A stretch of 64,000 bases of DNA from a bacterium (GTDB lineage: Bacteria; Synergistota; GBS-1), in NCBI GenBank assembly GCA_030153785.1, contig JASKLF010000004.1:17551-81550 (forward strand). The letters run 5' to 3'. The notes under the pieces were generated by a model. It was not told the origin of the DNA. It ran no database searches and saw nothing but the letters and a program-made list of their open reading frames with translations. This document shows positions 20,059-30,541 of the stretch, piece by piece. The stretch's first letter is position 1. Every line of letters starts with the position of its first letter. The translations under genes were made by a program, and so were the position numbers.

Positions 20059-20929
20059 GGGTTTTTTCCTTGGGGGGCAAGCTGTTATAGAGGGGGTAGT
20101 GATAAGAAGCAAGAATAAGGTTTCTCTTGCTGTTAGAGGCAAGGGGGGAAATATAAAGGTTCGTAGTTGGAAAGTAAGACCGTATTCTGAAGTTAGTCCT
20201 ATTTTTGGTCTCCCAATAGTCCGAGGAATCGTTTCTTTGTACGATGCTATAGTGTGGGGGATAAAGACGTTATATCATTCTGCAAATGAAGTATTAGATG
20301 AAAAGGAAAACCTTTCTCTCTGGGAGTTGTCTGCAAGTATAGCTTTAGCAATAGGCTTAACGATCGGCCTTTTTATAATTTTTCCTGCTTTCGTATCGCG
20401 ACTTTTCGAACTAAAGTTTGGGTTGGGGAAGCTGAGTCTAAATCTGGTTGAGGGGTTTTTAAGAGTAGTTATCTTTATAATGTATTTGGTACTTATTGGT
20501 TTCTCGAAAGAAGTTAAGGGTGTTTTTGCCTATCATGGTGCGGAACATAAGACTATAAATGCTTATGAGACGTTAAAGACAGATCTTACACCGGATATTG
20601 TAGAGAGATTTAGCAGATTTCATTACAGATGTGGCACATCCTTTATTCTCTCTGTTTTGGTGATAAGCATTTTGTCTTTTGCTATATTTGAGCAAGATGA
20701 ATTGATAAATAGGATTTTTCTCAGGCTTGCACTTATTCCTTTTATTGCTGGAGTATCTTATGAGGTTTTAAGGTTCAGCTTTTCTTCGTCTTTTACAAAA
20801 TTTTTGGCCAAGCCTGGTTTGTGGCTTCAGTATCTTACTACTCGAGAACCTTCGAGAGAGCAGATAGAAGTTGGGATAGTGGCCTTAAAGGAGGCTTTGG
20901 GAGATGTGGGAGAGGCTAAAGAAGATTGA
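20021..20929 (+). CDS. DUF1385 (YqhQ-like) membrane protein
   Basis: The [23 protein letters not shown]-terminus is typical of DUF1385. TTG 20021 is preceded by a GGAGGGG RBS. The family is commonly found next to prfA/prmC. Confidence 0.6.
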   Translation: MKRSLVIALQASKGFFLGGQAVIEGVVIRSKNKVSLAVRGKGGNIKVRSWKVRPYSEVSPIFGLPIVRGIVSLYDAIVWGIKTLYHSANEVLDEKENLSLWELSASIALAIGLTIGLFIIFPAFVSRLFELKFGLGKLSLNLVEGFLRVVIFIMYLVLIGFSKEVKGVFAYHGAEHKTINAYETLKTDLTPDIVERFSRFHYRCGTSFILSVLVISILSFAIFEQDELINRIFLRLALIPFIAGVSYEVLRFSFSSSFTKFLAKPGLWLQYLTTREPSREQIEVGIVALKEALGDVGEAKED

Positions 20930-21971
20930 GGAAGAATATGAAAGCCTATCTAAGAAATTATCGGATCCTGCAATAGTTCAAGATCCCAAAGAATTTCAAA
21001 GAGTAGCTAAAACGCATGCAGAGCTTGAGGATATTGTGATTAAGTATAGAAAATATAAGAAACTGTCTAAGGAGTTAGAGGAGGCCAAACTTATAGCGGA
21101 GGAAGATGAAGAATTAAGAGAGGTTGCTAAAGAGGAAGCCAAGCTTATAGAAGAGGAACTCGTCAGGTTAGAGGAAGAACTTAAGACGGCTCTTATTCCT
21201 AAGGATCCTATGGATGATAGGAATATCATAATGGAAATAAGGGCGGGAGCTGGCGGTGAAGAGGCGGCTCTATTTGCTGCTGATCTTTTCAGAATGTATG
21301 CACGTTATGCAGAGCGTAAAGGCTGGGATGTTGAAGTTCTTGATAGAAATGAAACTGGGATCGGTGGTTATAAGGAAATAGTTTTTAGAATAATTGGCAA
21401 AGGAGCCTATAGTAGGTTAAAGTTTGAAAGCGGTGTTCATAGGGTTCAAAGAATTCCTGTAACCGAGTCGAGCGGAAGGATTCATACTTCTACAGCAACG
21501 GTAGCGGTACTTCCAGAGGTAGAAGATGTAGAGGTGGAAATAAAAGAGGAAGATCTTAAGATAGAGACTTTTAGAGCAAGTGGTAAAGGCGGTCAATATG
21601 TTAACAAAACGGATACTGCGGTTAGAATAACTCATATTCCAACAGGTATAGTGGTGTCCTGCCAAGATGAAAGATCTCAATATAAGAACAAACAGCGAGC
21701 CCTGAGTATCTTGAGGGCTAAGCTTTATGAGATCGAGAGAGAAAAACAAGAGAGTGAAATAGCCTCTTTGAGAAAAAGTCAAGTGGGAAGTGGCGAAAGA
21801 AGCGAAAAAATCCGCACTTACAATTTTCCACAAAATAGGGTAACTGATCATAGGATAGGCTTAACACTTTATAATCTTGAGGAAGTTCTTGACGGAGATC
21901 TTGATGATATAATAGAGGCCCTTATTGTTGCAGACAGAGCAGAAAAACTTGCGAAGTTAGTTGCCGCATGA
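20904..21971 (+). CDS. prfA: peptide chain release factor 1
   Basis: 355 aa with the GGQ motif ([26 protein letters not shown]) and a PxT-region. Confidence 0.95.
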   Translation: MWERLKKIEEEYESLSKKLSDPAIVQDPKEFQRVAKTHAELEDIVIKYRKYKKLSKELEEAKLIAEEDEELREVAKEEAKLIEEELVRLEEELKTALIPKDPMDDRNIIMEIRAGAGGEEAALFAADLFRMYARYAERKGWDVEVLDRNETGIGGYKEIVFRIIGKGAYSRLKFESGVHRVQRIPVTESSGRIHTSTATVAVLPEVEDVEVEIKEEDLKIETFRASGKGGQYVNKTDTAVRITHIPTGIVVSCQDERSQYKNKQRALSILRAKLYEIEREKQESEIASLRKSQVGSGERSEKIRTYNFPQNRVTDHRIGLTLYNLEEVLDGDLDDIIEALIVADRAEKLAKLVAA

Positions 21972-22792
21972 AAATCATAGAAGCTAAGCGTTGGGCAAAA
22001 GAAGCGTTTGAAAGAGCAGGAGTACCTTTCCCGGAAAGGGAAAGTGAGATACTCTTGTCCTCCTTTTTGAAAAAAGGTATTGCTGAGTTAATTTTACATC
22101 CAGATGAGGAAATTCCTGATGAACGGGAATTTAGGTATTGGGTTGCTCGAAGATGTTGTAGAGAGCCATTGCAGTATATAATTGGGAAGACGCAGTTTTT
22201 AAACTTTACCTTCAAAGTGAAAAGAGGGGTGTTTATTCCTCGCCCAGAGACGGAAATATTGGTTGAGGAAACCCTAAAATGGATAGAAAAAGGGTTAGTT
22301 CTTGATTTGGGAACAGGATGCGGAAACATAGTTATCTCAATTCTTGCTCTTAAAAAAGATTTAAAAGGAATTGGAATAGATGTTTCTGATTTGGCTTTAG
22401 AGGTGGCAGTGGAAAATGCCAAAGTTTTAGGTGTTAGCGATAGAGTAATGTTTCTGAAAAGTGATTGGGGACAGGGCTTAGAAGGCTGGTTTGAGTTTGA
22501 CCTTGTAGTTTCTAATCCTCCTTATATCCCTTCCTCTGAAATATGGCATTTGGACCCGGAGATATTGTTATACGAACCTGTTGAGGCTTTGAATGGAGGA
22601 AAGGATGGCCTTTCCTTCTATGAGAGAACTATTGATCTTGCTAAGCTCTTATTGAAGAAGGGAGGAATCCTAGCTCTTGAGTTGGGCAAAGAGAGCTATA
22701 TTGATATCTTAGATTTAAGAGGTTTTTCTATTCTCTCTATCAGATCCGATTATATTGGTCAGAGAAGGGTCCTTATTTTGAAGAAAGATTGA
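21968..22792 (+). CDS. prmC: release factor glutamine N5-methyltransferase PrmC/HemK
   Basis: 274 aa with the NPPY motif (VVSNPPYIP) and a SAM-binding DLGTGCG. ATGA overlap with prfA. Confidence 0.9.
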   Translation: MKIIEAKRWAKEAFERAGVPFPERESEILLSSFLKKGIAELILHPDEEIPDEREFRYWVARRCCREPLQYIIGKTQFLNFTFKVKRGVFIPRPETEILVEETLKWIEKGLVLDLGTGCGNIVISILALKKDLKGIGIDVSDLALEVAVENAKVLGVSDRVMFLKSDWGQGLEGWFEFDLVVSNPPYIPSSEIWHLDPEILLYEPVEALNGGKDGLSFYERTIDLAKLLLKKGGILALELGKESYIDILDLRGFSILSIRSDYIGQRRVLILKKD

Positions 22793-22810
22793 GTTAAAGG
22801 GGTGATTTTT

Positions 22811-24247
22811 ATGGAGTCGACAATAAAATTTGGCACAGATGGTTGGAGAGGCATAATAGCTTTAGATTTTACCTTCGAAAATGTGAGGAGAGTTGCTAAA
22901 GCGGTAGCTGCTTATCTTTATTCTGAAGAGAGAAGCAAGCTCAGGATGTATTCTTTTGGAGTTCCCTTTAGAAAGCCGGAAGATGGTGTTGTAGTTGGAT
23001 ATGATAGAAGGTTTTTGTCGGATGAGTTTGCTTTAGCCTTTTCTGAGGAGCTTGTAAAATACGGAATTCCCGTTTTTCTTTCAAAGGATCCTGTTCCAAC
23101 ACCTGCAGTTTCTTACGGGGTTTTGTATAACAAAGCAGCTTTAGGTGTTATGGTTACTGCGAGTCATAATCCTCCCAAATATAATGGTATAAAGTTGAAA
23201 CCCGAGTATGGAGGCCCTGCTCTTCCTGAGGTGACCTCTCTTGTTGAAAGTTTGCTTGATTTTAAAATGCCTTTATCCTCTAACCCAGCTTCCATAGATT
23301 TTGTTGACTTGAAGGGAAACTATATTGAAGCCTTGAAAAATAAAGTGTCAATGATAAATATAAAGAGTTTGCCGTTCAAGGTAGTTTTGGATGTGATGTA
23401 TGGTCCCGGTGAAGGGTTACTTTCGAATATATTGGATTCCGTTGGAGTAAAAGTTGAAGAAATTCATGCAGAAGCTAATCCGTATTTTGGTGGTTTGCAT
23501 CCGGAACCTATACCTCCTAACATTGATTTTCTGTCCAATTTCGTGACAGAGAAGGGATTCGACATTGGAATAGCTTTGGATGGAGACGCTGACAGGATAG
23601 GATTGGTTGATGAAAAAGGAAATTTTGTTAATCCTCATCAAGTTTTTGCTCTTATAATGAAACATCTTATAGAGGATAGAGGGAAAAGGGGAAAGATAGT
23701 TTGGACATGTTCCTTAGGAAGGGAACCCGAAAAATTAGCTAAGAAATATGGTATAGAGTATTATATAACTCCTGTTGGTTTCAAGTATGTATGTGAGTAT
23801 ATTTTGGAGGGTGGTGTGCTGTTGGGAGGAGAAGAAAGTGGGGGATATGGCTTTGTGGAACATATCCCGGAGAGAGATGGTTCAATGTCAGCACTTTTAG
23901 TTTTGGAGATGATGTCTTGTAGAAAGAAATCCGTTGGTGAGCTTCTCAAGGAACTTTATGAAGATTTTGGTCCTTATTATTATAAAAGATTAGATCTCAA
24001 ACTCGAGAGGAAAATGTCTTCAGCAGAATTAAAAGGGTTAGGTGATAAACTGGTTGTATTACTCGAGGAGAATCCTGTTAAGGTTGAAGATATAGATGGA
24101 TTAAAATTCCATTTCTCCGACGAAAGTTGGCTTTTAATAAGACCTTCAGGAACGGAGCCACTTTTAAGGCTTTACGCCCAGGCTCCTTCTTTGGAAAGAC
24201 TTGATTTTCTTCTTACCAAATCCAGGGAAGCCGTCGAAAATGTATAG
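22811..24247 (+). CDS. phosphoglucomutase/phosphomannomutase family (alpha-D-phosphohexomutase)
   Basis: Motifs GTDGWRG, TASHNPPKYNGIK and GDGDADR are present. ATG 22811 follows an AAAGGGGTGA RBS. Confidence 0.85.
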   Translation: MESTIKFGTDGWRGIIALDFTFENVRRVAKAVAAYLYSEERSKLRMYSFGVPFRKPEDGVVVGYDRRFLSDEFALAFSEELVKYGIPVFLSKDPVPTPAVSYGVLYNKAALGVMVTASHNPPKYNGIKLKPEYGGPALPEVTSLVESLLDFKMPLSSNPASIDFVDLKGNYIEALKNKVSMINIKSLPFKVVLDVMYGPGEGLLSNILDSVGVKVEEIHAEANPYFGGLHPEPIPPNIDFLSNFVTEKGFDIGIALDGDADRIGLVDEKGNFVNPHQVFALIMKHLIEDRGKRGKIVWTCSLGREPEKLAKKYGIEYYITPVGFKYVCEYILEGGVLLGGEESGGYGFVEHIPERDGSMSALLVLEMMSCRKKSVGELLKELYEDFGPYYYKRLDLKLERKMSSAELKGLGDKLVVLLEENPVKVEDIDGLKFHFSDESWLLIRPSGTEPLLRLYAQAPSLERLDFLLTKSREAVENV

Positions 24248-25607
24248 TTTCCTTTTGGGAATAGTCGGTGGCGTTATAACCTTATTTTCGTTTCCTCCCT
24301 TTGGGTTAGATTATCTTATATGGTTTTTCCCGATTCCTATTTTTCATGCTTATTTTAGTGAAAGGTCTGTTTTTTTAACCCTCTTGGGATGGGGGATAAC
24401 CTTTTATACCTTTAGCTTTTTGGGGTTGCCTTTTGGGATTTTTTCTCTTCTTTTGGTTAGTTCTCTCGCTCAGCTTCTTGTTTTTACTTTGATTATTGTT
24501 AAGCTTTCGAGGGCAAAATTCGCTACCTCTTTTTACATTCTTTTTCCGTCGATTTGGGTTTTTTTTGAGTTCCTTCAGAGTAAAGGGTTTTTGGGGTTAC
24601 CATTCTATTTTCTTAAGCATCTTTCCGCTCCGTGGCTTTCTTTAGGGGTTTCTTTGTATTCCCATCCTTTAGCTCGTTTTGCTGCTTTTTTGGGAGTATG
24701 GGGTCTTTCTCTCCTTATATTGGTAATAGGTGGTATCCTTCACAAATTGTTGGCTTCTAAGAAGATAGTGCTTTTTAGCATTACCGTTTCTATCCTTGTT
24801 TCTCTCAGCTTTTTACCAAAACCAGCATATCAAGAGGAAGGAAATATAAAGATAGGGTTGGTTCAACCTTGCATTAGTGAGGAACAGGCTCATCTTCTTA
24901 CTGCAGCATTGTCTAGGAGCATTAGGTTATCTACTCTCTTGTTTTTTCAGCAAAGTTTAGATTTGGTAGTCTGGCCTCTTTCTTATTTTTCCTTTGCTGT
25001 TCCTGAAGACTCTCTCGCGAAGTATATATCCCATTTTGCTAAGGAATATCATTGTTATATAATTGTAGGGTTTGATGGAGAAAGGCTCCAAGTTTATTCT
25101 TTGGATGGGAAATTAAAGAAGGCAATAGAAGGTTATTCGGATTTGCCAGACTGGAAGAAATTATTTGCTATTCATGAGGAAAATATGAGGTCAGGAAATA
25201 GAGTTGTAGAAACGGAAAGATTTAAGTTCGCCGTTATTAGAGGTCTGGAGTTGGGTTACCCGTCTCTTTTACTTGATTTCACAAATGAAGGGGTGGACTT
25301 TGTTATAGGCGTAGGTGATGAGTTTTTCCTTGATTTACTTAAGGCTAATACTGTAATAAGGTCTATCGAGACAGGATTATATGTAGCTTTATCCACTAAT
25401 ATGGGTCCTTCCTTATTAGTGTCTCCAAACGGTGGGATTAAAGAAATCCCACCGTTTTTGCAATCCACACTTTTTGGAAAAATGTCTAGGTCCCAGGTTC
25501 AAACTTTCTTTTCCAAAATAAAGGGTTACTGGGTATTCTTGATCATATTGCTACTTTTTGTAGATTATGTTTTCAAGTTCCGCTATTCTCGCTCTAATTT
25601 CTTTTAG
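24240..25607 (+). CDS. lnt: apolipoprotein N-acyltransferase (Lnt)-like membrane CN-hydrolase protein
   Basis: An N-terminal polytopic region, a central nitrilase/CN-hydrolase-like domain starting at IKIGLVQP, and a C-terminal TM helix. The expected nucleophile-elbow Cys is not evident (see findings). Confidence 0.6.
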   Translation: MYSFLLGIVGGVITLFSFPPFGLDYLIWFFPIPIFHAYFSERSVFLTLLGWGITFYTFSFLGLPFGIFSLLLVSSLAQLLVFTLIIVKLSRAKFATSFYILFPSIWVFFEFLQSKGFLGLPFYFLKHLSAPWLSLGVSLYSHPLARFAAFLGVWGLSLLILVIGGILHKLLASKKIVLFSITVSILVSLSFLPKPAYQEEGNIKIGLVQPCISEEQAHLLTAALSRSIRLSTLLFFQQSLDLVVWPLSYFSFAVPEDSLAKYISHFAKEYHCYIIVGFDGERLQVYSLDGKLKKAIEGYSDLPDWKKLFAIHEENMRSGNRVVETERFKFAVIRGLELGYPSLLLDFTNEGVDFVIGVGDEFFLDLLKANTVIRSIETGLYVALSTNMGPSLLVSPNGGIKEIPPFLQSTLFGKMSRSQVQTFFSKIKGYWVFLIILLLFVDYVFKFRYSRSNFF

Positions 25608-26339
25608 TTCCTTTTCTATGTCTTGTATCTGTTTCAATAGATCTTTTTTCTTTTCTTCAAGTAATTCTACTCTTCTGTATAGTCTCTCAAGTTCAATTTT
25701 GGCTTCACCGCTTGTGTATTCTTCAAGAGATACTTTTTCATAGGGATTGCTCCAACGGAAGATGAAATCGAACCCCTTTTCATCTGTCAGAGGACTTATT
25801 TCTTTAGAAATAATCAAGACCATGTTTTTTGTATTTGGAGTTATTAATTCCTTTTCTGTTTCTGGGTCTCTCCTCGGAAAGAAAACCATACCGTCTCTTG
25901 ATCCTATTAATTTAAAGTTAAATACCCTATCGTAGTCTATGGGGGAGTAACTTTTATTATCAATCATGAGTTTTACTTTTTTGTCAAAAGGCCCCATATG
26001 CATAGCTGGTCCATAATTCGTTATTTCTACTTTAAAAGGTAGACAGTCTGCAAATCTTAGATTTTCAAGAAGTTTGTATTTGAAATTTTCTTCCTCTTCC
26101 TTTGTCCATAGATTTTTTTCCGCTTCATAAGCCACTATTGCTCTTATAAGTTCCATGGAGTAGTAAGTTACTTTCACTGTTACTCTGGAAGATGGATCCG
26201 TAACTGTTCTTTCCCAGCGTTCTAAGGCCTTTTCATATTGAACAGTAGCTGGGCTTTCTTGTTTTGCCATAGATGGGGTATTACCCATAATTATGTTAGT
26301 AAGTAACATCATCAATGTTAAGTAAATGAGTTTTTTCAT
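25551..26339 (-). CDS. secreted hypothetical protein with C-terminal coiled coil
   Basis: 262 aa with a signal peptide MKKLIYLTLMMLLTNIIMG and a heptad-rich tail. Convergent with lnt, overlapping it by 57 nt. Confidence 0.55.
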   Translation of the reverse strand: MKKLIYLTLMMLLTNIIMGNTPSMAKQESPATVQYEKALERWERTVTDPSSRVTVKVTYYSMELIRAIVAYEAEKNLWTKEEEENFKYKLLENLRFADCLPFKVEITNYGPAMHMGPFDKKVKLMIDNKSYSPIDYDRVFNFKLIGSRDGMVFFPRRDPETEKELITPNTKNMVLIISKEISPLTDEKGFDFIFRWSNPYEKVSLEEYTSGEAKIELERLYRRVELLEEKKKDLLKQIQDIEKELKEIRARIAELENIIYKK

Positions 26340-26465
26340 TTCTTTTATCCCTCCCTACCTGTTACAGGTTCAATTGCAATTATACCATGAAAAAACATCT
26401 TTAGTATATCGCAAGTTTTTGATTTAAATTGCTTGACATGTAATTGTTAAAGAGTCACCAAAGTC

Positions 26466-26494
26466 TTGACTTTGTGTTTTTAAGCGGGTAGAAT
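26466..26494 (+). promoter_or_regulatory. sigma70-type promoter TTGACT-N17-TAGAAT for the liv-type ABC transporter operon
   Basis: Hexamers at 26466-26471 and 26489-26494, ~35 nt upstream of ATG 26531, which has an AAGGAGGG RBS. Confidence 0.5.
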
Positions 26495-26530
26495 TTTTTC
26501 GAGTACTTTAATGAAAGGAGGGATTTTTTT

Positions 26531-27649
26531 ATGAAGCGTTTGTGGTTGTTGGTGGTAATAGGTTTGGTTTTTTCTTCGTTTTCCGTGGCATGGGCTGAGG
26601 ATAAGATTCGCATTGGTGTAGTCATGCCTATGACTGGCCCTGTCGCTGCTTATGGTCAGATGGAATGGGCTGGTATTCAAGTAGCTAAAGAGCTTGTCCC
26701 TACAGTATTGGGGAAAGAGATTGAACTTGTCTTGGTCGATAGTAAGGGCGATAAGGTTGAAGGAGCTAACGCTGTTGAGAGGCTTATTAAGCTTGAAAAA
26801 GTTTGTTCTATTATTGGCGAAGTTACCAGTTCGGTTACTATGTCTGGTGGGGCTGTTGCTGAACAATATAAGGTGCCTATGATATCCCCGACTGCTACTA
26901 ATCCCTTGGTAACCCAGGATAAGAAGTACTTGTTCCGTGTATGCTTTATCGATCCCTTCCAAGGTAAAATTGCGGCAAAGTATGCCTATGATGTTCTTAA
27001 GGTGCGCAAGGTTGCCATAGTTATTGATGTTCAACAAGATTACTGTGTAGGTTTGGCTAATTTCTTTGAGGAGAATTTCAAGAAGCTTGGTGGAGAAGTT
27101 GTAGCGAAAGTCCAGTATAGAACAGGGGATCAGGACTTTACGGCTCAGGTTACCGCTGTTAAAGCAAAGAATCCCGACATGATTTACATTCCTGGCTATT
27201 ACAATGAAATAGCACTTTTTACGAAGCAAGCTCGTGAACTCGGTGTTAAATCTATAGTCTTTTCGGCTGACGGTTCTTATGCTCCTGAGTTAATTCAGAT
27301 AGGAGGTAAAGCCGTTGAAGGAATTTACTTTACTAACTTTTATGATCAAAGCGCCGTTACAACCGACATAGGTAAGAAGTTTGTAGAGGCCTATCGTAAA
27401 AAGTATGGTAAAGATACAGATTCTTTTGCTGCTTTAGCTGCTGAGGCATATCTTGTTTTAGTTCATGCTATCGAAAAAGCTGGGGAGCCCGACCCTGAAA
27501 AAATAAGAGATGCATTGGAGGGGATAAAGAGCTTTACGGGATTCATGGGTGAATTCGGTTTTGACGAAAACCACAATGCAATAAGGCCTGTGGTCATACA
27601 AACTGTCAAAGATGGCAAGTTTGCGTATGTAGATATAGTCAAACCGTAG
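26531..27649 (+). CDS. branched-chain amino acid ABC transporter substrate-binding protein (LivJ/LivK family)
   Basis: 372 aa with a signal peptide and type I periplasmic binding-fold motifs. It is followed by LivHMGF homologs. Confidence 0.85.
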   Translation: MKRLWLLVVIGLVFSSFSVAWAEDKIRIGVVMPMTGPVAAYGQMEWAGIQVAKELVPTVLGKEIELVLVDSKGDKVEGANAVERLIKLEKVCSIIGEVTSSVTMSGGAVAEQYKVPMISPTATNPLVTQDKKYLFRVCFIDPFQGKIAAKYAYDVLKVRKVAIVIDVQQDYCVGLANFFEENFKKLGGEVVAKVQYRTGDQDFTAQVTAVKAKNPDMIYIPGYYNEIALFTKQARELGVKSIVFSADGSYAPELIQIGGKAVEGIYFTNFYDQSAVTTDIGKKFVEAYRKKYGKDTDSFAALAAEAYLVLVHAIEKAGEPDPEKIRDALEGIKSFTGFMGEFGFDENHNAIRPVVIQTVKDGKFAYVDIVKP

Positions 27650-27778
27650 GATGCTGATATTTGTATAGGGGATTATAATTTATAACTGTTCTTAAAACCG
27701 GTGGCTTTCCGAAGAAGAAGGCCCCCGGTCCTGTTTTGTTTGGCTATTCTTTTGTATGATAAACTATCAGAAAGGAGG

Positions 27779-28684
27779 ATGCTTGGAAGAGTGGGCATAG
27801 TTGATTTGTTTCAGCAATTGGCTAATGGATTGTCTTTAGGAAGTTTATATGCTCTTATAGCGATCGGTTATACCATGGTTTATGGAATAATACGGTTGAT
27901 TAACTTTGCGCATGGAGATGTTATGATGGTTGGTTGTTATTTGGCTTACTTTGGAGTGCTTATGTTTCGTTTGCCGTGGCAGATATCCTGGATTTTAGCA
28001 GTATTATTAACCAGTTTGTTGGGAGTTTCTATTTACATAGGGGCATATAAACCTTTAAGAAGGGCGCCAAGAATCTCCGCTTTGATAACCGCCATAGGGG
28101 TTTCCTTTTTTCTTGAAAGCCTCGGCCTTGTTATATTCGGGGGGAGGCCAAAGGCTTTTCCTCGTCCACCAGCTTTTGATATAGGTTTAAACATAGGGGG
28201 AGTTTATTTGGTCTCTTTCACCTTGTGGATACCCCTTATAACAGCGATTCTTCTTGTGGGATTGGTTTATCTAATTTATAAGACTAAAATCGGCATGGCA
28301 ATGCGATCGGTAGCTACTGATATAGAGACTACAAGCCTTATGGGAGTTGATGTAGATAAAGTCATTTCCTTTACTTTTGCGATTGGGTCTGCCCTTGCTG
28401 CGGCAGGTGGCATAATGTGGGCTATAAAATTTCCACAGATTAATCCTTATATGGGGATAATGCCAGGGTTAAAAGCTTTTATAGCAGCAGTTTTTGGAGG
28501 AATAGGAAACATCTTTGGAGCGATGTTAGGCGGTTTTCTCCTTGGCATGATCGAGATTTTAGTTGTTGCTTTTATGCCAAGCATCGCAGGATATAGAGAT
28601 GCGATAGCCTTTGGTATACTAATAGTTGTTTTGCTTTTTAAACCTACAGGACTTTTGGGTGAACCTTTGAAAGAAAAGGTGTGA
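27779..28684 (+). CDS. livH: branched-chain amino acid ABC transporter permease LivH
   Basis: ATG 27779 follows an AGGAGG RBS. The N-terminus LSLGSLYALIAIGYTMVYG is typical of LivH. Confidence 0.85.
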   Translation: MLGRVGIVDLFQQLANGLSLGSLYALIAIGYTMVYGIIRLINFAHGDVMMVGCYLAYFGVLMFRLPWQISWILAVLLTSLLGVSIYIGAYKPLRRAPRISALITAIGVSFFLESLGLVIFGGRPKAFPRPPAFDIGLNIGGVYLVSFTLWIPLITAILLVGLVYLIYKTKIGMAMRSVATDIETTSLMGVDVDKVISFTFAIGSALAAAGGIMWAIKFPQINPYMGIMPGLKAFIAAVFGGIGNIFGAMLGGFLLGMIEILVVAFMPSIAGYRDAIAFGILIVVLLFKPTGLLGEPLKEKV

Positions 28685-28685
28685 T

Positions 28686-29786
28686 GTGAAAATGGTAGCG
28701 CTTGATAAGGAAGTTTTAATCAGAAAGAGAAGGAAAACGCGGTTCCTCTTAAATGTTCTTTTAGTAATTGGCATCTTTCTTTTTCTATCAAGAGCTGACC
28801 ACTTATTAGATCCTTACACCATAAGAATTCTTAATGTATCGGCTGTATACATGGTTTTAGCCATGGCCTACAATCTTGTTAACGGTACTCTGGGGCAATT
28901 TATGCTTGGGCCGAATGCTTTTATCGCTTTAGGAGCATACACGGTTGCTCTTCTTACCATGCCTGTGGATAAGAAGGCGATGTCCTACATAATAGAACCC
29001 TTAATATGGCCGTTTAATTCAATTTGCTTGCCTCTTTTTCCTTCGCTTCTAATCGCGGGTATTATTGGAGCTGGTGCAGCTTACTTGGTTGGGATGCCTT
29101 CTTTCAAGTTAAGGGGAGATTATCTCGCCATAGTTACCTTGGGGTTCGGAGAAATGGTTGTTGTTTTAGCTAACAATTTGGTTCCGATTACTAATGGTGC
29201 TTTGGGGTTAAAGGATATTCCAAGATACGTTAATTTATATTGGACTTGGGGATGGGCCTTGCTTACCTATTTCTTTATGAGGCTTCTTAGGACTTCTTCT
29301 TATGGGAGAGCTTTTGAAGCTATAAGAGAGGACGAGATAGCCGCTGAGGGGATTGGAATAGATGTTAGACGGCATAAACTCCTTGCTTTAACGATTGCAG
29401 GATTTTTCTTGGGTGTGGGTGGAGGACTTCTAGCATCTCTCTTAGGTACAATAGATCCGAAGCTCTTTTCATTTTTCTTTACTTTTAATTTGCTCATAAT
29501 TATTGTCTTTGGAGGTCTGGGTAGCTTTACAGGAGCTGCAATCGCTTCTTTGGTATTTGTGGTTCTATCTGAACTTCTAAGGGCTGTGGAAAACCCAATA
29601 AATATAGGTCCCATTCATATTCCTGGTATTCCTGGAATGAGAATGGTCGTTTTTTCATTACTGCTTATATTTGTTATGCTTTATTGGCAGAGGGGATTAT
29701 TTGGTAGGAAGGAGCTTTCTTGGGACTTTTTGCTTAATCGTCTCTTTCCACTTGAGGGGGTGGAAAAGGATGAAGGTTCTTCTTAA
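28686..29786 (+). CDS. livM: branched-chain amino acid ABC transporter permease LivM
   Basis: 366 aa polytopic permease of the LivM type. Confidence 0.8.
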   Translation: MKMVALDKEVLIRKRRKTRFLLNVLLVIGIFLFLSRADHLLDPYTIRILNVSAVYMVLAMAYNLVNGTLGQFMLGPNAFIALGAYTVALLTMPVDKKAMSYIIEPLIWPFNSICLPLFPSLLIAGIIGAGAAYLVGMPSFKLRGDYLAIVTLGFGEMVVVLANNLVPITNGALGLKDIPRYVNLYWTWGWALLTYFFMRLLRTSSYGRAFEAIREDEIAAEGIGIDVRRHKLLALTIAGFFLGVGGGLLASLLGTIDPKLFSFFFTFNLLIIIVFGGLGSFTGAAIASLVFVVLSELLRAVENPINIGPIHIPGIPGMRMVVFSLLLIFVMLYWQRGLFGRKELSWDFLLNRLFPLEGVEKDEGSS

Positions 29787-30540
29787 ACTGGATGGGGTTA
29801 CTATGGACTTTGGGGGCTTAAGAGCGGTAAGTGATTTCTCTATAGAGATTAAAGAAAAAGAACTTGTGGGGCTCATCGGACCTAATGGTGCCGGTAAAAC
29901 TACTGTATTTAATCTGATAACGGGTATTTATACGCCGGTATCTGGTAAAATATATTTTGATGGCGAGGATATAACGGGAAAACCTACCAATTTTATAGTG
30001 TCTAAGGGAATAGCAAGAACATTTCAGAATATAAGGCTTTTTAGAGAATTGACGGTTTTAGAGAATGTAATGGTTTCTTATCATTACCAAATGAAGTCTG
30101 GTTTATTTAGTTCCGTTTTAAGACTGCCACAGTATTTGGATGAGGAAAAGAGGTGGAGAGAGGAAGCTCGGGAGCTTCTTTCTAAGGTTGGTCTTGTAGG
30201 ATATGAGAATTTTATCGCTGGTGGTTTGCCTTATGGTCAGCAAAGGAGGCTAGAAATAGCGAGGGCTCTTGCTACTCATCCAAAGCTTCTTTTGCTTGAT
30301 GAGCCTGCTGCAGGAATGAACCCTAATGAAACTCAGGAATTAATGGATTTTATTAAAATGGTCAGAGACGAGTTCGGGGTTACTATTTTTCTCATAGAAC
30401 ACGATATGAAGGTCGTTATGGGAATATGTGAAAGGATAAGAGTTATGGACCACGGAGTGAGTATTGCTGAAGGACCGCCGGAAGTTATTCAGAGAGACCC
30501 TAAGGTTATAGAAGCGTATCTTGGGGAGGCTGAAGAGTAA
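29770..30540 (+). CDS. livG: ABC transporter ATP-binding protein LivG
   Basis: Walker A GPNGAGKTT, the LSGG-like LPYGQQRRLEIARAL and Walker B LLLDEPAAG. ATG 29770 follows a GGGGGTGGAAAAGG RBS. Confidence 0.85.
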   Translation: MKVLLKLDGVTMDFGGLRAVSDFSIEIKEKELVGLIGPNGAGKTTVFNLITGIYTPVSGKIYFDGEDITGKPTNFIVSKGIARTFQNIRLFRELTVLENVMVSYHYQMKSGLFSSVLRLPQYLDEEKRWREEARELLSKVGLVGYENFIAGGLPYGQQRRLEIARALATHPKLLLLDEPAAGMNPNETQELMDFIKMVRDEFGVTIFLIEHDMKVVMGICERIRVMDHGVSIAEGPPEVIQRDPKVIEAYLGEAEE

Positions 30541-30541
30541 G

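Noticed and set aside
20996-21229. 77-aa Ser/Leu-rich minus-strand ORF
   Set aside because: It is antisense to prfA. The low-complexity S-rich translation is typical of the reverse strand of a Glu/Lys-rich coding region.
26480-27229. 249-aa minus-strand ORF
   Set aside because: It is fully antisense to the well-supported ABC substrate-binding protein gene. It has no RBS and a biased, low-complexity composition, so I treat it as a spurious shadow ORF.
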